In this document: positions 1-8,563 of the stretch, in pieces
How positions within the stretch are numbered: the first letter of the stretch is position 1
Layout: every line of letters begins with the position of its first letter
NCBI GenBank assembly: GCA_964615185.1
Contig: CAZTOS010000045.1
Span: 2,589 to 19,657, forward strand
Length of the DNA: 17,069 bases
Direction of reading: 5' to 3'
Source: an uncultured Thermococci archaeon
GTDB lineage: Archaea > Methanobacteriota_B > Thermococci > Thermococcales > Thermococcaceae
The notes under the pieces: model-generated
The model's input: only the letters and a program-made list of their open reading frames with translations
What the model was told of the DNA's origin: nothing
The model's database searches: none
Translations under genes and position numbers: made by a program

Positions 1-49
1 ACTCGATCCAAACCCACCAACAGAGAAGGATATCTGTCCACAGTTCTGA
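1..49 (+). CDS. fusA: Elongation factor 2 (aEF-2), last 15 codons (partial; 5' part outside window)
   Basis: Not in the ORF track. Frame from position 2 reads LDPNPPTEKDICPQF* (TGA 47-49), matching the Thermococcales EF-2 C-terminus as I recall it (...RKGLDPNPPTEKD(I/V)CP..). Position just upstream of tuf-rps10 fits the archaeal fus-tuf-rps10 order. Confidence 0.85.
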   Translation, partial: LDPNPPTEKDICPQF

Positions 50-89
50 TTTCCTCTTTTCTTCACTCTTGGATTTCTCCTTGGATTTT
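50..89 (+). terminator. Pyrimidine/T-rich archaeal terminator-like tract after fusA
   Basis: tttcctcttttcttcactcttggatttctccttggatttt directly follows the stop codon. Confidence 0.45.
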
Positions 90-202
90 AATATTATGCT
101 TTTGATAATTCTCATACTAATCTGATCTTTTTGCTCTGATACGACATTCCTGTAAAACTACGATTAGTTAACTTTTTAAACCCTCTCCTGTATCTTCCTT
201 TG

Positions 203-260
203 GACTCATGAGGCTCTCTTGCAAAAAGCGGGTTTCCCGCTCAAGAGAGCCGAGGTTACA
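203..260 (+). ncRNA. Candidate structured small RNA or tuf leader with kink-turn hairpin
   Basis: 10-bp perfect stem GGCTCTCTTG (212-221)/CAAGAGAGCC (242-251); CAAAA bulge; apical stem AGCGGG/CCCGCT (227-232/236-241); tandem GA/GA at 210-211 and 252-253 after a 3-nt CAT bulge; basal stem GACT/GGTT; TTTTTAAA box at 173-180. Confidence 0.5.
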
Positions 261-275
261 GAAAGCTTTAAAAAC
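261..275 (+). promoter_or_regulatory. BRE/TATA promoter of tuf
   Basis: GAAAGC-TTTAAAAA about 50 bp upstream of ATG 322; SD GGAGGTGG at 308-315. Confidence 0.6.
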
Positions 276-321
276 CTATCCCAGTCAATAAGGTTAGACA
301 CGAATTTGGAGGTGGATAAAA

Positions 322-1608
322 ATGGCAAAGGAGAAGCCACACGTTAATATTGTGTTTATCGGACACGTCGACCACGGTAAGAGCACCATGATCGGAAGAC
401 TGCTCTTCGACACAGCTAACATACCGGAGAACATCATTAAGAAGTTCGAGGAAATGGGTGAAAAAGGTAAGTCATTTAAGTTTGCTTGGGTCATGGACAG
501 GCTTAAGGAAGAGAGAGAAAGAGGTATTACAATTGACGTTGCTCACACTAAGTTTGAGACCCCACACAGATACATTACAATCATTGACGCTCCAGGACAC
601 AGAGATTTCGTTAAGAACATGATTACCGGTGCTTCACAGGCTGACGCTGCTGTTCTCGTCGTTGATGCAAAGGATGGTGTCATGCCACAGACCAAGGAGC
701 ATGCATTCCTTGCAAGGACACTCGGTATTAACCACATAATTGTCTGTATAAACAAGATGGACATGGTCAACTATGACGAGAAGAGATTTAAGGAAGTTGC
801 AACTCAAGTTGAGAAGCTCCTCAAGATGCTCGGTTACAAGAACTTCCCAATCATTCCAACATCAGCATGGAATGGTGACAACGTCGTTAAGAAGAGCGAC
901 AAGATGCCATGGTACAAGGGACCAACACTCATCGAGGCACTTGACAAGATCCCAGAGCCACCAAAGCCAATTGACAAGCCACTTAGAATCCCAATCCAAG
1001 ACGTTTACTCAATTAAGGGTGTCGGTACAGTTCCAGTTGGTAGAGTTGAGACTGGTAAGCTTAAGGTCGGTGACGTAGTCATCTTCGAGCCAGCCAGCAC
1101 AATCTTCCACAAGCCAATCCAAGGTGAAGTCAAGAGCATTGAGATGCACCACGAGCCACTCCAAGAGGCCCTCCCAGGTGACAACATCGGATTCAACGTC
1201 AGAGGTGTCAGCAAGAACGACATCAAGAGAGGTGACGTCGCTGGACATGCAACCAGCCCACCAACAGTTGTCAGACCAAAGGACACATTCAAGGCCCAGA
1301 TCATCGTCCTTAACCACCCAACAGCAATTACCGTTGGATACACACCAGTTCTCCACGCTCACACATGCCAGGTTGCTGTTAGATTTGAGCAAATCCTTGC
1401 AAAGCTTGACCCAAGAACAGGTAACATCACTGAGCAGAACCCACAGTTCATCAAGACCGGTGACTCAGCTATCGTCATCCTCAGACCGACCAAGCCAATG
1501 GTCATCGAGCCGGTTAAGGAGATTCCACAGCTCGGTAGATTCGCTATCAGAGACATGGGTCAAACCGTCGCTGCCGGTATGGTCATATCCATTCAGAAGG
1601 GCAAGTGA
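322..1608 (+). CDS. tuf: Elongation factor 1-alpha (aEF-1A)
   Basis: [20 protein letters not shown] and NKMD GTPase motifs; GRFAIRDMG; 428 aa; strong highly-expressed codon bias. Confidence 0.99.
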   Translation: MAKEKPHVNIVFIGHVDHGKSTMIGRLLFDTANIPENIIKKFEEMGEKGKSFKFAWVMDRLKEERERGITIDVAHTKFETPHRYITIIDAPGHRDFVKNMITGASQADAAVLVVDAKDGVMPQTKEHAFLARTLGINHIIVCINKMDMVNYDEKRFKEVATQVEKLLKMLGYKNFPIIPTSAWNGDNVVKKSDKMPWYKGPTLIEALDKIPEPPKPIDKPLRIPIQDVYSIKGVGTVPVGRVETGKLKVGDVVIFEPASTIFHKPIQGEVKSIEMHHEPLQEALPGDNIGFNVRGVSKNDIKRGDVAGHATSPPTVVRPKDTFKAQIIVLNHPTAITVGYTPVLHAHTCQVAVRFEQILAKLDPRTGNITEQNPQFIKTGDSAIVILRPTKPMVIEPVKEIPQLGRFAIRDMGQTVAAGMVISIQKGK

Positions 1609-1665
1609 AGCCCTTTCTTTCTCAGTTCTTTCTTTTAACTGAAGCTTTCTTGAGAGGTGGCAAAA

Positions 1666-1974
1666 ATGCAAAAAGCAAGGATCAAGCTTGCAAGCACCAA
1701 TATAAAGTCACTTAATGAGGTAACTGATCAAATCAAGCAAATTGCAGAGAGAACAGGAGTTAGAATGAGCGGTCCCATACCACTTCCAACAAAGAGAATC
1801 AGGATAACAACAAGAAAGAGCCCGGATGGGGAAGGAACAGCAACCTTTGATAGATTTGAGCTCAGAGTCCACAAGAGGCTTATTGACATTGAAGCTGATG
1901 AGAGAGCTATGAGACAGATAATGAGAATTCGCGTTCCTGAAGACGTAACAATCGAAATTGAGCTTATCTCATGA
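1666..1974 (+). CDS. rpsJ: 30S ribosomal protein S10 (uS10)
   Basis: [10 protein letters not shown]...[10 protein letters not shown]...RKSPDGEG...HKRLIDI. ATG 1666 follows SD GAGGTGG and is preferred over GTG 1657. Confidence 0.98.
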   Translation: MQKARIKLASTNIKSLNEVTDQIKQIAERTGVRMSGPIPLPTKRIRITTRKSPDGEGTATFDRFELRVHKRLIDIEADERAMRQIMRIRVPEDVTIEIELIS

Positions 1975-1994
1975 TCACTCTTCTTATTTTTAGT

Positions 1995-2081
1995 GCCGGG
2001 GTAGCCTAGCCTGGGAAGGCGCGGGCCTGGAGAGTCCGTGGGCGTAAGCCCTCCGGGGTTCAAATCCCCGCCCCGGCGCCA
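1995..2081 (+). tRNA. tRNA-Ser (anticodon GGA), CCA encoded, no intron
   Basis: Acceptor stem GCCGGGG/CCCCGGC, D arm GCCT..AGGC, anticodon stem CGGGC/GTCCG with loop CT-GGA-GA, long variable arm GGGC-GTAA-GCCC, T arm CGGGG-TTCAAAT-CCCCG, discriminator G then CCA. Confidence 0.97.
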
Positions 2082-2185
2082 TATAAAACTTTGTTCTTGA
2101 AGATAAGCTTAACATCCCTACATAAATTATCAAGACAGACACAAACTCTTTAAGCATTTTTAATCAACTTGTTCTGGTGTATAAA

Positions 2186-2524
2186 ATGGAGGAGTATCTA
2201 CGATTAATTCCAAGACAAAACGAGAAAATTGAGCTGAAAAAGATTAACGGAAAGTTTTATCTTTTAATACCCATGGATTCACCATTTGACTTCCTAGCTA
2301 AGAGGGTTCATGGAGAGTATAGGAGAGTAGAGCTCGATGAATATGGGGTTTTTGTGTGGGAGCTCTGTGATGGCTCAAGGACTGTAAAAGAAATTGGTAA
2401 AAAGCTGAAAGAAAGATTTGGAGATTCTGTTGAGCCACTGTATGAAAGATTAGTCACATTCTTACTTGAATTGTACAAAAGGAATTTAATATCCTTTGGT
2501 GAATCACATGAATCAAGAAGCTGA
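2186..2524 (+). CDS. PqqD-family (RiPP recognition element-like) protein
   Basis: ELDEYGVFVWELCDGSRTVKEIGKKLKERFG...ERLVTFLLELYKRNLI matches the PqqD winged-helix pattern (L-D/N-x2-G-x2-V/I-W-x-L-x-D-G-x2-T-V). ATG 2186 follows a GGTG SD. Confidence 0.8.
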   Translation: MEEYLRLIPRQNEKIELKKINGKFYLLIPMDSPFDFLAKRVHGEYRRVELDEYGVFVWELCDGSRTVKEIGKKLKERFGDSVEPLYERLVTFLLELYKRNLISFGESHESRS

Positions 2525-3347
2525 GGGAACACTGTTTGCTTTCGTTGCCCTAATCCTTGTAGGAATTGAACCAGTTGTTATTAAATCAAATCCCGTTAAT
2601 CCTCTTAGCTTTGCAGCGTTTTCTGCATTGTTTGCCTCTTTGGTATTGTGGGGAATAATCTTATCATTGGGGGCATGGAAAGAACTAAAAGAAAAGCCTG
2701 GAGATATTCACAAAGCTTTTCTTGTGGGTCTTTTTGGAACCGCTTTGGCATACATTGCGTACTCATATGGGGCTCGAATGAGCACAGCAATAAACGCATC
2801 TCTAATAACAAGAAGTGAGGTGCTGTATTCCTTTGTCCTTTCTTATCTGTTCCTGAGAGAAAAGATAACAAAAAAACAGTTTATCTTTTCGTTGGTTATT
2901 CTTTTGGGACTTGTTCTTGTGATAACCCAGGGGAAAACAGTAAAACCTCAGAAAGGGGATATATTGCTCTTACTGACACCATTATTCTGGCAAATGGGAC
3001 ATACGATTGCTAAACGATTACAGTACTCTCCATACTTAATAGCTACTCTTAGAAATACATTTGGGGGACTGATTCTTTTATTACTCACTTTACCCTTTGG
3101 CTTAGAATTCACCCCTCTGGCTATGGTAGAGGGAGTTATAATTGCTCTGACCCAAGTTCTCTGGTACTCTTCCTTAAAGCTTATCAATCTTTCAAAAGCT
3201 ACCTCGATAATAACCCCAGCACCAGCCGTTGCCATTGCATTATCAATATTTCTTGGAGAGAACTTCACGGCTTATCATGCAATAGGGTTCATACTGATAA
3301 CAATAGGCACTTTAAAAATTTCAAAAATTAAAAGTGAACAGCGTTAG
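2508..3347 (+). CDS. EamA/DMT-family transporter
   Basis: About 10 hydrophobic segments in two repeats; motifs [33 protein letters not shown] 2508 follows GGTGA and overlaps the end of the PqqD gene. Confidence 0.9.
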   Translation: MNQEAEGTLFAFVALILVGIEPVVIKSNPVNPLSFAAFSALFASLVLWGIILSLGAWKELKEKPGDIHKAFLVGLFGTALAYIAYSYGARMSTAINASLITRSEVLYSFVLSYLFLREKITKKQFIFSLVILLGLVLVITQGKTVKPQKGDILLLLTPLFWQMGHTIAKRLQYSPYLIATLRNTFGGLILLLLTLPFGLEFTPLAMVEGVIIALTQVLWYSSLKLINLSKATSIITPAPAVAIALSIFLGENFTAYHAIGFILITIGTLKISKIKSEQR

Positions 3348-4219
3348 TCATCGGAGATCTCTAAGGATTCCCTCATAAGCTTCTTAATGACTTTCCTTTT
3401 CTTATTCTCAAATTCTTCCTTATCTAAAAACTCCCAATAATGCTTTGTTTCTGGAAACCTGCCCGTTTTTACCTCGTTTTTGTATTCTTCAAGGGCAAGC
3501 TGAATCGTACTTCTTAAATCGGCATATTTTTTGACAAATGGAGGAACATTCTCATAGATGCCCAACAAGTCATGCCAGACCAAAACTTGACCATCAACGT
3601 ATGGTCCAGAGCCAATTCCAATCGTTGGAATCTTAACTTCTTCTGTTACAAGCTTTGCCACATCTGCAAGTACAAACTCTAAAACAACGGCAAATGCTCC
3701 TACTTTTTCCAAGGCTTTTGCATCCCTAAGAATTTCCTCAATCTCTTCTTCAGTTTCGCCCATTAAGCGGTAACCACCTAAACGAAGGTAACGCTGAGGC
3801 GTTAAACCAGTGTGTCCCATTACCGGAATTCCAACTCTCACAAGCTTTTTAACAAGCTTTCTGTGGTCATATCCTCCCTCAATTTTCACAGCATCTGCAC
3901 CAGCTTGAATGAGCTTTGCCGCATTTTTAACTCCTTCATCAATGCTTACCTCATAGCTCATGAAAGGCATATCTGCCAAAACTAAACCCCTTTTAACAGC
4001 TTTAGCAACAGCCCTTGTGTGATAGACCATCTGCTCTATGGACACATTTAGTGTATTTGGCTCACCGTAAACTACCATGCCGAGAGAATCTCCAATAAAG
4101 ATAATGTCAATACCCGCTTTATCTGCTATCAATGCTGAGGGATAATCATAAGCCGTTACCATGACAATCTTTTCTTTTCCCTTCATCTCCATAATTTTCC
4201 TTGGAGTTACCTCTCTCAT
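3344..4219 (-). CDS. panB: 3-methyl-2-oxobutanoate hydroxymethyltransferase (ketopantoate hydroxymethyltransferase)
   Basis: [55 protein letters not shown]. Start moved to ATG 4219 (MREVTPRK) because the longer ORF overlaps the archease gene. Confidence 0.97.
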   Translation of the reverse strand: MREVTPRKIMEMKGKEKIVMVTAYDYPSALIADKAGIDIIFIGDSLGMVVYGEPNTLNVSIEQMVYHTRAVAKAVKRGLVLADMPFMSYEVSIDEGVKNAAKLIQAGADAVKIEGGYDHRKLVKKLVRVGIPVMGHTGLTPQRYLRLGGYRLMGETEEEIEEILRDAKALEKVGAFAVVLEFVLADVAKLVTEEVKIPTIGIGSGPYVDGQVLVWHDLLGIYENVPPFVKKYADLRSTIQLALEEYKNEVKTGRFPETKHYWEFLDKEEFENKKRKVIKKLMRESLEISDD

Positions 4220-4276
4220 AGTCCCACCCAAGCCTAATAAACCCCCAAGGAATATTAACCTATCGGAGGTGGGAGG

Positions 4277-4711
4277 ATGAAAATGAGGAAGTGGGAGCAT
4301 TATGAACATACTGCAGACATAGGAATTAGAGGATATGGGAGGACTCTTGAAGAAGCTTTTGAGAACGTTGCCATAGCGTTATTTGATGTAATGGTTGATG
4401 TGAAAAAAGTCGAGCCAAAAGAAGTGAGAGAGATTGAAGTTAGTGGTGAGGACTTATATGCTCTGCTCTACAACTTCCTTGAAGAGCTATTGATTCTTCA
4501 CGATACTGAAGGACTTGTATTTTCAGACTTTGAAGTTAAGATTGAGAAAACCAAAGAAAGGTATAAGCTCAAAGCCAAAGCCTATGGAGAACCTTTAGAT
4601 TATGAAAAGCATGAGCCTAAGGAAGAGGTTAAGGCAATAACATACCATGACATGAAAATTGAACAGTTAGAAGAGGGAACTTGGATTGCCCAGTTAGTGC
4701 CGGATCTGTAA
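4277..4711 (+). CDS. Archease (RtcB cofactor)
   Basis: [12 protein letters not shown]...LEEAFENVA...EVKAITYH...PDL motifs; directly upstream of rtcB. Start could be 4277 or 4283. Confidence 0.95.
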   Translation: MKMRKWEHYEHTADIGIRGYGRTLEEAFENVAIALFDVMVDVKKVEPKEVREIEVSGEDLYALLYNFLEELLILHDTEGLVFSDFEVKIEKTKERYKLKAKAYGEPLDYEKHEPKEEVKAITYHDMKIEQLEEGTWIAQLVPDL

Positions 4712-4713
4712 AG

Positions 4714-4728
4714 CAAAGCTCTTAAATC
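4714..4728 (+). promoter_or_regulatory. Candidate BRE/TATA promoter of rtcB
   Basis: CAAAGCT-CTTAAAT about 35 bp before ATG 4762; SD GGGGTGA. Confidence 0.4.
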
Positions 4729-4761
4729 ACATGAGGGGTTAATTTAATTGGGGGTGAGAGA

Positions 4762-7575
4762 ATGGTTCCATTAAAGAGAATTGACCAAATAAGATGGGAA
4801 ATACCCAAGTTTGATAGAAGAATGAGAGTTCCCGGCAAAGTTTATGCAGATGATGTTTTAATCCAGAAGATGCGCCAAGATAGAACACTTGAACAAGCTG
4901 CAAATGTTGCCATGCTTCCTGGGATTTACAAGTACTCTATAGTCATGCCCGATGGTCATCAAGGCTATGGTTTCCCAATTGGTGGCGTTGCGGCTTTTGA
5001 TGCCAAGGAGGGTGTCATAAGCCCTGGAGGCGTTGGATATGACGTGAATTGTCTCCATGAAGACACTGAAGTTATCAGTGATCTCGGATTTAGGATTAAA
5101 GTAAAAGAACTCCCTAAAAAATTTAAACAGATTTCCCTTAAGGTATACAATGTTGAGGAAGGCCACAACGATAGCTCAAGGATAATGCTCGTTGCAGAGA
5201 GAGATAGCGATGAGGGGATATACGAAATACACTTGTCAAGTGGAAGAATTCTCAAAGCATCAGGTGACCATCCTGTATTAACGGAGAGTGGATATAAACT
5301 CGTTGAGGAGCTTAAACCCGGGGACTTGGTGGCAATTTATCCATTCGAAGGACCGGAATATGAAGAACCTCCATGCCAGATATTGCTCTCACGTAAAGAC
5401 TTTGAGGGTGAAGATAAACAGATTATAAGGTATCTTGAAAGCAGGGGTTTGTTACCCCTTTCATTTAGTGACCCAAGGATAGGAATTCTTGCCAGGATCC
5501 TTGGTTACTTTATAGGCGATGGTTCCTTCGACATATATAGGGAGAAAAATGGAAGGGAAAGGATTGTAACGGTGTTCTATGGGGACAGGGAAGGACTTGA
5601 GGCGCTAAGAAAGGACTTAGAATTTTATTTCAATATCAGAGCTTCACGAGTATATTCTAGGAAAAGAAAGCAAAAAATTAAAACAGCATGGGGTGAGTTC
5701 GACACAGAGGGAACCGAGTACTCAATAAAAGTAACATCTAAGGCATTTGCCTTATTGCTGATAAAATTGGGGGCGCCAGTAGGCAAGAAGAGTGGCGTTG
5801 AATTTGATGTTCCGGACTGGATTAAGAATGCTCCTTTATGGGTTAAGAGAAACTTCTTAGCAGGGCTTTTCGGAGCTGACGGAACCAAACCCATCCTCCT
5901 AACAGAGAAGCATGGATATACCCCAAACTCCATATCACTCACTGTAGTTAAGTCAAAAGAGCTTGAAAAGAACCTCAAGTGCTACCTGGAGTCAATCAAG
6001 AAAATGTTAGCGGATTTCGGGGTCACCTCTCACATCTGGAAAGTGAAAGAGTACGATGGCAGGGTTATGTATCGTCTCACTATCTATTCAAACACATCAG
6101 AGCTTTATCAGTTCCTTTCGCGTATAGGGTATGAGTATACCTCTAAGAAATCTTACGCTCTAATATTTGCCGAATATCTACGTAGGAAACTTATAACGTC
6201 CAGTAAAATCAAAGAAAAAAGCGTTGTAAAGAGGAATCAGAGACTAACTGAACTATTGCCAGATTTTGAAGAATTTGCCAAGATGTACGGTCTTGAGGGT
6301 GGGTTTGTTTTAGACCCTGTAATTGAAGTTCACAAAGTAAAAAGTGATTCAAAATACCTATACGACATAGGTGTCTACCACAGCGCTCATAACTTCATAG
6401 CCAACGGCGTCGTCGTACACAACTGTGGTGTCCGCCTTATCCGCACAAACCTAACAAAAAAGGAAGTGAGACCAAAGATTAAGCAGCTCGTTGATACACT
6501 CTTTAAGAACGTTCCAAGCGGATTGGGCAGCAAAGGAAGAGTTAGACTTCAATGGACCCAGCTTGATGATGTTTTGGCGGAGGGTGCAAAGTGGGCCGTT
6601 GACAACGGCTACGGCTGGGATGAAGACTTGGAGAGACTGGAAGAAGGAGGAGGAATGGAGGGAGCAAATCCCTCTTATGTAAGCGATACAGCAAAGAGAA
6701 GAGGTGCACCACAGCTTGGCTCCCTCGGCAGTGGAAATCACTTCCTTGAAGTGCAAGTTGTGGACAAAATCTTTGACCCCGAAGTGGCTAAGGTTTATGG
6801 TCTCTTTGAGGGGCAAGTAGTTGTGATGGTTCACACTGGTTCAAGAGGTTTGGGTCATCAGGTTGCAAGCGATTATCTCAGAATTATGGAGAGAGCCAAC
6901 AGGAAATACAGGATCCCTTGGCCAGACAGAGAACTTGTTAGCGTTCCATTCCAGAGTGAAGAAGGTCAGAGGTACTTTAGTGCAATGAAAGCGGCTGCAA
7001 ATTTCGCTTGGGCAAACAGGCAAATGATTACTCACTGGGTGAGGGAGAGCTTTGAAGAAGTGTTCAGACAAAAAGCTGAAGATCTTGAAATGCATATAGT
7101 TTATGATGTCGCTCACAATATAGCCAAGCTTGAAGAGCATGAAATAAATGGTCGGAAGGTTAAGGTTGTTGTTCACAGAAAAGGTGCCACAAGAGCATTT
7201 CCACCAAGACATGAGGCAATACCAAAAATTTACAGAGATGTTGGGCAACCTGTGCTTATTCCTGGTTCAATGGGAACCGCAAGCTATGTCTTAGCTGGAA
7301 CTGAAGGAGCAATGAAAGAAGCATTTGGTTCAACATGTCATGGTGCTGGGAGAGTTCTCAGCAGAAAAGCCGCTACAAGGCAATATAGAGGAGACAGGCT
7401 TAAGAACGAGCTTATGCAGAGGGGAATCTACATCAGGGCAGCGAGCCTAAGGGTTGTTGCTGAAGAAGCTCCAGGAGCTTATAAGAACGTTGACAATGTC
7501 GTCAATGTTGTTGCAAAGGCAGGAATTGCAAAGCTGGTTGCAAGAATGAGACCAATCGGAGTTGCTAAGGGTTGA
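4762..7575 (+). CDS. rtcB: tRNA-splicing/RNA repair ligase RtcB, intein-containing precursor (937 aa; about 479 aa mature)
   Basis: [87 protein letters not shown]. Confidence 0.98.
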   Translation: MVPLKRIDQIRWEIPKFDRRMRVPGKVYADDVLIQKMRQDRTLEQAANVAMLPGIYKYSIVMPDGHQGYGFPIGGVAAFDAKEGVISPGGVGYDVNCLHEDTEVISDLGFRIKVKELPKKFKQISLKVYNVEEGHNDSSRIMLVAERDSDEGIYEIHLSSGRILKASGDHPVLTESGYKLVEELKPGDLVAIYPFEGPEYEEPPCQILLSRKDFEGEDKQIIRYLESRGLLPLSFSDPRIGILARILGYFIGDGSFDIYREKNGRERIVTVFYGDREGLEALRKDLEFYFNIRASRVYSRKRKQKIKTAWGEFDTEGTEYSIKVTSKAFALLLIKLGAPVGKKSGVEFDVPDWIKNAPLWVKRNFLAGLFGADGTKPILLTEKHGYTPNSISLTVVKSKELEKNLKCYLESIKKMLADFGVTSHIWKVKEYDGRVMYRLTIYSNTSELYQFLSRIGYEYTSKKSYALIFAEYLRRKLITSSKIKEKSVVKRNQRLTELLPDFEEFAKMYGLEGGFVLDPVIEVHKVKSDSKYLYDIGVYHSAHNFIANGVVVHNCGVRLIRTNLTKKEVRPKIKQLVDTLFKNVPSGLGSKGRVRLQWTQLDDVLAEGAKWAVDNGYGWDEDLERLEEGGGMEGANPSYVSDTAKRRGAPQLGSLGSGNHFLEVQVVDKIFDPEVAKVYGLFEGQVVVMVHTGSRGLGHQVASDYLRIMERANRKYRIPWPDRELVSVPFQSEEGQRYFSAMKAAANFAWANRQMITHWVRESFEEVFRQKAEDLEMHIVYDVAHNIAKLEEHEINGRKVKVVVHRKGATRAFPPRHEAIPKIYRDVGQPVLIPGSMGTASYVLAGTEGAMKEAFGSTCHGAGRVLSRKAATRQYRGDRLKNELMQRGIYIRAASLRVVAEEAPGAYKNVDNVVNVVAKAGIAKLVARMRPIGVAKG
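5050..6423 (+). mobile_element. Intein with LAGLIDADG homing endonuclease in rtcB (458 aa)
   Basis: Starts CLHEDTEV (block A); block [15 protein letters not shown] motifs [10 protein letters not shown] and [11 protein letters not shown]; ends LYDIGV...[12 protein letters not shown], followed by extein Cys+1 (TGT 6424-6426). Confidence 0.95.
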
Positions 7576-7588
7576 ACTTCTCTTGAGA

Positions 7589-7609
7589 TTTATTCTTTTC
7601 TTTATTTTT
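7589..7609 (+). terminator. T-rich terminator after rtcB
   Basis: tttattcttttctttattttt just after the stop codon; an A-run near 7615-7623 could serve the convergent minus-strand operon. Confidence 0.5.
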
Positions 7610-7636
7610 GGCAACAATAAAAAGGGGAGTAGGAAG

Positions 7637-8563
7637 TTATCTCAAGTCACTTGTCATAAACCTAACATAGGCCACTGAAAATGGCAATAGGAGGGCCACT
7701 AAGAGCATAGCTAAGTTGTTGAACCCCAGCGAAAACGCTTCACTTAGTGGGGTATAGGTGTTTGCTAATTTGTCTCCGGAGAAAACCCAGATTACAAGCT
7801 GTGCGTAGTGATAGGCTGGATTTATGAAGTGCAACCTTTGTTCCCAGAGCTTAACGTTTTCACGCCACATATCAAATGCTGGAGTGTCATAGGGTGGCAT
7901 TTCGCCAGCTAAGTGCCCTGCTATAAGGGTAACGATTATACCGTATATAATCGTTAAAAAAATTGCAAGACCTACTGATACAAGCATTGAGGTTTCCGAC
8001 TTTTTGAAGAGTGTTGAAAAGAGAATTGAAATGCTGAGAAATATAAGGGTGTATAGAAGGGTTAGCATAAACGCAATCAGCCCCCTAAAGAAGGACTCAC
8101 TATCTAAGGGGGCACCTATTATAAGGAGGAATGCAATAGTAAAAACGTATCCGACTAATATCGTGATTGCTAAAACCAATGCGTTCCCAAGAAATTTGCC
8201 GTTTATGACTTCGTCCCTATAAACGGGGTGTCCAAGAAGAACTTTAATCGTTCCTATCTCGACTTCCTTATTTATTGCGTCAGCACCCAAAGCAACACCC
8301 ATTATCGCTCCAAAAATCGTGAAGAAGGTGAAATTTAGAAGAAACATGGCTGACAATGGAGTCATATATGTATATCCTTCAGCACCAGAGAGTCCGAGGC
8401 TTGTCCTACTGACATGTGGCTCAGTAAGTTCGAGAAAATGGCTTTTTATGGAGTATGCAATGAGAAAAACAAAAAGGAGATAAATGGCAAGCGTTATCAC
8501 AAAGCGCTTGCTCTTTACTGCAGTATAAAGCTCCTTTAATGCAACATTGAGGACGTTCTTCAT
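7637..8563 (-). CDS. ABC-2/NosY-like (COG1277-type) transporter permease
   Basis: VALKEL N-terminus, GADAINKEVEIGTIKVLLGHPVYRDEVINGKFLG motif, about 6 TM segments, C-terminal RFMTSDLR. ATGA overlap with the upstream gene. Confidence 0.88.
   Translation of the reverse strand: MKNVLNVALKELYTAVKSKRFVITLAIYLLFVFLIAYSIKSHFLELTEPHVSRTSLGLSGAEGYTYMTPLSAMFLLNFTFFTIFGAIMGVALGADAINKEVEIGTIKVLLGHPVYRDEVINGKFLGNALVLAITILVGYVFTIAFLLIIGAPLDSESFFRGLIAFMLTLLYTLIFLSISILFSTLFKKSETSMLVSVGLAIFLTIIYGIIVTLIAGHLAGEMPPYDTPAFDMWRENVKLWEQRLHFINPAYHYAQLVIWVFSGDKLANTYTPLSEAFSLGFNNLAMLLVALLLPFSVAYVRFMTSDLR

Noticed and set aside
68..88. Direct repeat CTTGGATTT x2 (68-76, 80-88)
   Set aside because: Only two short copies within a low-complexity terminator tract; not CRISPR-like or mobile-element-like.
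2..115. Minus-strand open frame MRIIKSIILKSKEKSKSEEKRKSELWTDILLCWWVWIE, tempting as a Trp-rich RiPP precursor for the PqqD protein
   Set aside because: It is antisense to the EF-2 C-terminus (2-49) and its T-rich terminator; the K/E/S and W content is explained as the mirror of those sequences.
203..260. Canonical H/ACA or C/D guide RNA call for the hairpin
   Set aside because: ACA is present, but there is no bipartite pseudouridylation pocket, the K-turn is basal rather than apical, and RUGAUGA/CUGA boxes are absent. Kept only as a generic K-turn RNA candidate.
294..2063. Many overlapping alternative-frame and antisense ORFs over tuf, rps10 and the tRNA
   Set aside because: Shadow ORFs caused by the strong codon bias of highly expressed genes; no recognisable motifs.
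1995..3347. Possible integrated element at tRNA-Ser
   Set aside because: No duplicated tRNA 3' end (att site), integrase or obvious composition shift seen in the window.
4220..4309. 30-aa N-terminal extension of PanB; similar extensions of the YbjQ-like, MutS, Bud32 and S10 ORFs
   Set aside because: Artefacts of longest-ORF calling; downstream ATGs have SDs or promoter spacing and family-typical N-termini.
6640..7345. RtcB variants (EGGGMEG, FPPRHE, KEAFGS) as signs of decay
   Set aside because: The frame is intact and all catalytic His/Asp/Cys motifs are retained; ordinary polymorphism is sufficient.
4277..7575. Archease-rtcB pairing as a novel system
   Set aside because: Well-established cofactor/ligase pair.
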